The notes below the pieces were generated by a model. It searched no databases. It saw only the letters and a program-made list of their open reading frames with translations, and had not been told where the DNA came from. A stretch of 64,000 nt of DNA from an uncultured Methanosarcinales archaeon (GTDB lineage Archaea; Halobacteriota; Methanosarcinia; Methanotrichales; Methanotrichaceae), in assembly GCA_963843555.1 (NCBI GenBank), contig CAWJKV010000007.1:128001-192000 (forward strand), in the 5' to 3' direction. The position numbers were made by a program, and so were the translations under genes. Below, piece by piece: positions 58,572 to 64,000 of this stretch (its first letter is position 1; each line of letters opens with the position of its first letter).

Positions 58572-58952
58572 ATGTTGATTCTTATGTTCGAAAATATCTT
58601 AATCGCAACGGATGGATCAGAACACAGTGAGAAAGCTGCAATTGCTGGTATTGAGCTTTCCAAGCTCACAAAGGGAAAGGTCACTGCTATATACGTCGAG
58701 GATCGAGACAAAAAAGGCATTGAGGCTACGGAGCACATAAGAGATTTGGCGAGCAAAGCAGGGATTCCATTTGAGGCAAAGATAGCCAAAGGAAATCCTG
58801 CAAATGAAATATTGAAGTTTGCTGAAGATGCCAAAATGGATATCATAGTCATTGGTAGTATTGGTGTCACAGGTCTAAAAAAATTCATGCTCGGGAGTGT
58901 CGCAGAGAAGGTAGTTCTTCACTCGGGAGTACCAGTAATGACAATCTATTGA
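58572..58952 (+). CDS. Single-domain universal stress protein
   Basis: FENILIATDGSEHS...GNPANEIL...LGSVAEKVV. Confidence 0.88.
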   Translation: MLILMFENILIATDGSEHSEKAAIAGIELSKLTKGKVTAIYVEDRDKKGIEATEHIRDLASKAGIPFEAKIAKGNPANEILKFAEDAKMDIIVIGSIGVTGLKKFMLGSVAEKVVLHSGVPVMTIY

Positions 58953-59157
58953 GGTCTTGGAGAAGAAAGAAGGAGCCCTTAAAGAATGATTTCGGCGTCG
59001 AAATGGGCGGTGAAGGCTTCGACGAGAAGGGAGATGGAGCGGTGCCTGTGAATCGTGGTTCCCCCATTTAGCGCCGGAATATTTCATACAAGAAAAAGCA
59101 TAGCTCCATTATACTAACAGCTAGCAATGCAATTGAGCAGATCCAGAAGGTAGTATC

Positions 59158-60232
59158 ATGAAAAAATTTCGATTGTTAAAGGCCACCCGCCAGAGCACTG
59201 AATACTCCTGCGGGGCATCGGCCCTGCAGGCAGTATTGAGCTACTGGGGAAAAGATCTGGATGAGGAAGAGCTAATGAAGCTGCTCCATACCACTCCTGA
59301 GACCGGGACTTATCCAGAAGATATTGTTAAGGTTGCTCATGAGCTTGGGTTTGATGCCGAGGTTAGGGACAATCTCAATCTAGACGATGTCGAGAAATCC
59401 ACACAAAAAGGATGTCCCGTAATCATTCTGGGTCAGGCCTGGAAAAGCCGGCAAGAAGCGGAAAAAGCCTGGTCGGATGACTGGGAAGATGGTCACTATG
59501 TCGTAATTCTGAAAGTAGATAAGGATTATGTATATTTCGAAGACCCTTATGTGAGATTGGGGAAAGGTTTCATGCCCCGTCAGGCGTTCGAGGAACACTG
59601 GCATAATATTGCTGGGAAAACACCATCCGATAGATCAAAGCAGATGCACGTAGGGATATTCATCAAAGGAGAGAAACCGGCTAAGCCCCAGTCGTTGAGG
59701 CAAATCGACACTTCAAAGCTGGATCTTGAAAAGATTCCTCCTCTGCAGCTTATTGTCGTTACCTTCAAGGGGGAGATATTGCCGTATGATTTCATTAAAG
59801 AGGTAAGACCTATTGCTGAATCCGGGCTTATCAGGCCGGCAGCGTACTTTGTCTTGCGCAAAGACAAAGATGGAAAATTAACGGCAATTGAAGGGGGCAA
59901 CTTGCAGGAAGAAGAAGAGATGATAGAAATTGATGCTCTGATAGCAGTGATGGCAGGTCTGCGCCTGGGCGAACGAGTAAATATCAAAGTCAGAGAAGAG
60001 AATGCCAGAGAGAGATGCATCCAGAGGAGATTTTGGGCTGCCTGCAGAAGATTTGGTGAGAATAGGGGAGAGGCTACCTGAAAACTCCTCGGCTTTAATC
60101 CTGCTCTTAGAGCATCTCTGGGCAAAGAAATTTAAGGATGCGGTCGCCAATTACGGCGGCGTCATAGTTAATAATGAGATGATTAAAGCGGACACGCTGG
60201 CCGGCTTATCGAAAAAGCTTTCTAAAGATTAA
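59158..60232 (+). CDS. C39-like cysteine peptidase fused to a DUF6325-like domain (frameshift near 60010)
   Basis: QSTEYSCGASAL, GHYVV, FEDP; then PLQLIVVTFKGE...SGLIR..YFVLRKDKDG and, in the next frame, LPENSSALILLLEHLWAK. Confidence 0.75.
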
Positions 60233-60256
60233 TTCAAATAATTTCGTGGTGGCAAA

Positions 60257-61138
60257 ATGCAAAAAGAGATTGGCTCAGGTATTTGGCAGTTTTCCGGAAA
60301 TCTTCCCGGAACCCATATCGTGGTGCTGGGTGGAGTGCACGGAGATGAAAAGACCGGTATTATTTGCGTAAAAAATTTGTATGATATGTTTGCCTCCGAC
60401 GAAAAGAGGGTGGACCGGGGAAAACTGACATTGATTTTGGGAAATGAAGAAGCCATCAAAATTGGCAAACGAGCAACGACTCCTGAGAACAATCTCAACC
60501 GCATGTTCTCGGATAAACATCTGAATGGGCCCATTCTGGACTTCTACGAATCCCGCCGGGCTCATGAGCTGGCTCCGATTCTCAGGTCTGCTGATATATC
60601 ACTTGATATTCACTCTACTTCTGTGCAAACCATTCCCTTTTTGCCATGCGCTTTTTCACCCCGCCACGAATTGGTCTATAGGTGGTTTGATGCTGATATC
60701 GTGCTCTCGGACCCGGATTTTGTCCTTGGCGGCGTTCGTTCCACTACTGACGAATATGTTGATCATTCTGGCGGCATTGGCATCTGCTTTGAAACCGGCT
60801 TTGCCAACGATACCAGCCGCTTGCCAGCCGTAACAAATGGCGTCTTGAATATTCTGGCCGATCAGAAATTAACTGAAGTGCCAGCATCGTTTGCGCCGCC
60901 CCAGCCTACCTACAGCGTCTACCGACTCGTAAGGAAGATAGTCCTCACAAAAGCAGGTTTTGCTTTCGTCAAAGGTTTTCCTCAATCATTCCAGGAAGTC
61001 AAAAAGGGGGAATTGATCGGATACCACGGCAGTATTCCAGAGGCTGCTGAGGAAGACGGAGTGATCGTTTTTCCAAGAGCCGCCGATCAATGGAAGATGG
61101 GTCATGATATCTTCTTTCTGGCCAGAAAAATTAAATAG
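60257..61138 (+). CDS. Succinylglutamate desuccinylase/aspartoacylase (M14) family
   Basis: GGVHGDE, NLNRMF, LDIHS, FETG. Confidence 0.88.
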   Translation: MQKEIGSGIWQFSGNLPGTHIVVLGGVHGDEKTGIICVKNLYDMFASDEKRVDRGKLTLILGNEEAIKIGKRATTPENNLNRMFSDKHLNGPILDFYESRRAHELAPILRSADISLDIHSTSVQTIPFLPCAFSPRHELVYRWFDADIVLSDPDFVLGGVRSTTDEYVDHSGGIGICFETGFANDTSRLPAVTNGVLNILADQKLTEVPASFAPPQPTYSVYRLVRKIVLTKAGFAFVKGFPQSFQEVKKGELIGYHGSIPEAAEEDGVIVFPRAADQWKMGHDIFFLARKIK

Positions 61139-61203
61139 TAAGGCTGCATCAATTCAATCAACTTGCTATAACTCTTGAGGATAAGCGGTAAGATGGAAAA
61201 TAT

Positions 61204-61962
61204 ATGATATTCCCTCTGATTTGGATAGCGATAATTCTAATTATCCTGGCAATTGTTTTAAGCCTCCTGGGCATCAACCGCATTCCTCCTCGAATAAAGG
61301 AAACCAGAATCGCAAGGCTGATTTTGAGGAATACAACCTTAGGTGACAGGCTATGCGAGATATTCTATGGAGTCACCATGGTTACCGTGGTAAGCGGCAT
61401 GGTAAATGTCGAAGCCTCAGGCTATGAGAACATAATGGCTGCCCTGCTCATCGTTTCCCTGGGCGTAAATATCACCTGGGGAATAATTGATGGAGCGACT
61501 TCCGTTTATGGCGGTCTGGTAGATAAGGCTGAAGAAGACAGGTTAGTAAATTCGCTGAGAACGGACAGGAATAATAAGGACAGGGAATCCGCCTCTGAAA
61601 TCCTCCAGGGGACCATTCTCAGGAGCTTGAGCCAGGAAGATCAATCCAAAGTCGTTGACATGCTCCAGGCGGGAACGGCCGAAAAGCCCGGCAAATATGG
61701 TGCCTCAAGCGAAGACTTTAAAATGTTTCTGGCAATTTTCTCGATGGATTTCATAACCGTCTTTCCCGTGATAATTCCATTCTATGTCCTGAAAGATCCT
61801 CAATCGGCGCTGTTCTGGTCGCACTTCATAGCCATTCTCCTCTTCGTGATAATAGGAATGGCCTGGGCGAAATACTTGAACAAAAATATGATTAGAGCCG
61901 GTTTAGCTCTGGGAGTATTGGCGATAGCGACCATCTCCATTACATATTACTTTGGCTGGTGA
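61204..61962 (+). CDS. VIT1/CCC1-like membrane protein
   Basis: DRLCEIFYGVTMV, LGVNITWGIIDG, FPVIIPF. Confidence 0.65.
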   Translation: MIFPLIWIAIILIILAIVLSLLGINRIPPRIKETRIARLILRNTTLGDRLCEIFYGVTMVTVVSGMVNVEASGYENIMAALLIVSLGVNITWGIIDGATSVYGGLVDKAEEDRLVNSLRTDRNNKDRESASEILQGTILRSLSQEDQSKVVDMLQAGTAEKPGKYGASSEDFKMFLAIFSMDFITVFPVIIPFYVLKDPQSALFWSHFIAILLFVIIGMAWAKYLNKNMIRAGLALGVLAIATISITYYFGW

Positions 61963-62008
61963 TGGTGTAATATCGAATAAAAAATAGATATGCAGATCGC
62001 TGCTTTAA

Positions 62009-64000
62009 CTATTTCAGACAATAGACAAAGTAGGTTCCATCGATATTTTCAACGCCGTGGCTCTCATGCCCGAATCCTGGAAAAAGGTGATCCCAGGCCT
62101 GAAGGGCGCGCAGGTAGCTGAGATAAGGTCCATCGTCCGGACCTGCATTTTCACCGGGCATTAGCATGGGAATGCCGGGCGGGTAGGGCACAATACCCAC
62201 TGCAACAATCCTCCCATCCATTTTGTTAACTGCAACAGACTCCACTTCATTGTGCACCAGCCGGCTGTAAGCATCACCTGGTTTCATTACCGGCTCGGGC
62301 AGCGTTGAGAAAGCCTGCGAGAGGAACTCTGTCTGCTTCGAATCCTTCATTTGCTTGAACATTTGATCGGACAAATCACGCAAACCCATGCCAAGATAGC
62401 GTTCTGAATGGCTGGAGACAAGGTCTGGCAATACATCTTTCAGAGGGACATTGGAGTCATAGTCTTCCTTGAACCTCAAGAGAGCGTTTGCGAGTGTACC
62501 CCACTTTCCTTTAGTAACACCGATGGAAAACAAGAATAGGATAGTGAAGTCAGTGGTCTTCTCCGCCACAATGCCACGGTGATCGAGATAAGCAGAGACC
62601 AGAGTAGCGGGTATGCCGGTCGCCTCCAGGCTGCCGTCCAGCGCAATTCCTGGTGTGACTACAGAGACCTTAATGGGGTCCAGCATGCAGTAGCCGTCTT
62701 CCAGGTTATGAAAGCCGTGCCATTTGTCACCGGGATGCAGCACCCATGCATTCGGATCGGTGATCAAGAGCGACTCAGGTGCATCCTCAAAGGCCATGCG
62801 CTTGCCTGTAGCGGGATCAGTTACTTCATCAGCATTCCAGGTATTGAAGAACCATTCACCTTTCGCACTATACTGCCGGTGGACCCGCCTGAGCGCCTGC
62901 CGGAAGGCGACCGCTTCTGCTATCGACTCATTGGTGAGGGTCCTGCCACCTGCTCCTTCCATCATTGCTGCCGAGATCTCATTAGAGGCAATGATGGCAT
63001 ATTGGGGTGAGGTCGAAGCATGCATCATGAAAGATTCGTTGAAGCGCTCGTGCTCCACGGGACTGCGCCCGTCTCGAACATGAATGAAAGAGGCCTGAGA
63101 GAGCGCAGCTAGCAGCTTGTGGGTGGACGTTGTCGTAAATACCGTAGGTCCCGTTATGTTCTGCAGGGTCTCCGTTCATGCCGTAACGATCCTGGTAGAT
63201 GGGGTGGAAGCGGGCGTAGCCGTACCACGCTTCGTCGAAGTGAATGCGGTCCACGCTCCGGCCTAACAGATCCAAAACCCGGGTGGCATTGTAGCACAGG
63301 CCGTCATATGTCGAGTTCGTGATAATGGCATGCATGGGTTTATGATTGGCCGCTGTTGCCAGCGGATTCTCGGCAATAGATGCCTGGATGGCCTCCGGGT
63401 CTATCCGCTCCGGGTAAATCGGACCGATAAGGCCCAGATGGTTGCGAGAAGGTACCATGTAGGTGGGAATAGCCCCTGTCATGGTGAGAGATTGTTCGAT
63501 GGACTTGTGGCAGTTGCGATCCACCAGGGCAATGTCATTTCTTGTTATGCAGGCCATGAAGATGACGCGATTTGATGTTGAGGTACCGTTGGTCACGCAG
63601 TAGGAGCGATGGGCTCCAAAGATGTGAGCCGCATACTTTTCGCTCTCGCCGATTGGGCCGGAATGGTCCAGCAAAGAGCCCAATTCCCCTACCGAAATGG
63701 ATAGATCAGATCGAAGCAGGTTCTCGCCGAAGTACTGGAAAAAGGCTCTGCCTATAGGCGACTTGAGAAAAGCAGTGCCTCCGGCATGTCCCGGTGTATG
63801 CCAGGAATACTCATAGACCTGGGCGAACTTCACCAAGGCTCTGGTAAAGGGCGGGGTGATCTGATCCCGGTAGCGGAGCATAGCGGCAATAATCCGTCCG
63901 GCAATAAAATAGCTGGTATCTTCCAGGATCCAGATGATCTCATCCACTATGCGCATCTCTTCGGAGGTTATGGAAGTGGCATGGCCGCGCTCGATCATCA
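62009..64000 (-). CDS. Orn/Lys/Arg decarboxylase (AdiA/LdcC/SpeF class), 5' end off the window, frameshift near 63151
   Basis: WHTPGHAGG, TNGTSTSN, DRNCHKS, HFDEAW; shifted frame gives STHKLL (PLP lysine) leading into HASTSPQY...LDPIKV...YPPGIP. Confidence 0.88.

Overview
Archaeal DNA, most likely from a Methanothrix/Methanosarcinales-type methanogen (inferred from GGAGG/GAGGTG ribosome-binding sites, TATA-type promoters, a Tes-like radical SAM gene, an archaeal-type glycogen debranching enzyme and a poly-PAS protein). Nearly the whole window is an accessory stress/envelope island. It holds six DUF1269/DUF6325-like genes, two Hsp20, two USP, an ABC1 kinase, a squalene/phytoene synthase, a Tes-like radical SAM enzyme, two arylsulfatases, BASS/MFS/SulP transporters, three K+-channel-family genes, a GH63-GDE-GH63 glycosidase block, a gnd-pgl-gdh-CoADR-DszB-like operon and an Orn/Lys/Arg decarboxylase. 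The main signal is non-coding: a 49-bp element with fixed spacing (consensus TTCATAAnTnTTCATACTTTTATGA-N6-CTCAAATATCTATAAATT). It occurs 15 times plus one degenerate copy, always intergenic and always with its TATA-like end pointing at a start codon 27-156 bp away. It looks like an activator-site/BRE/TATA promoter module that places most transcription units of the island in one regulon; no DNA-binding regulator was recognised in the window. Several genes carry single-base frameshifts that may be sequencing errors. No rRNA, tRNA or CRISPR array was seen. All family assignments come from recognising motifs by eye, not from database searches.
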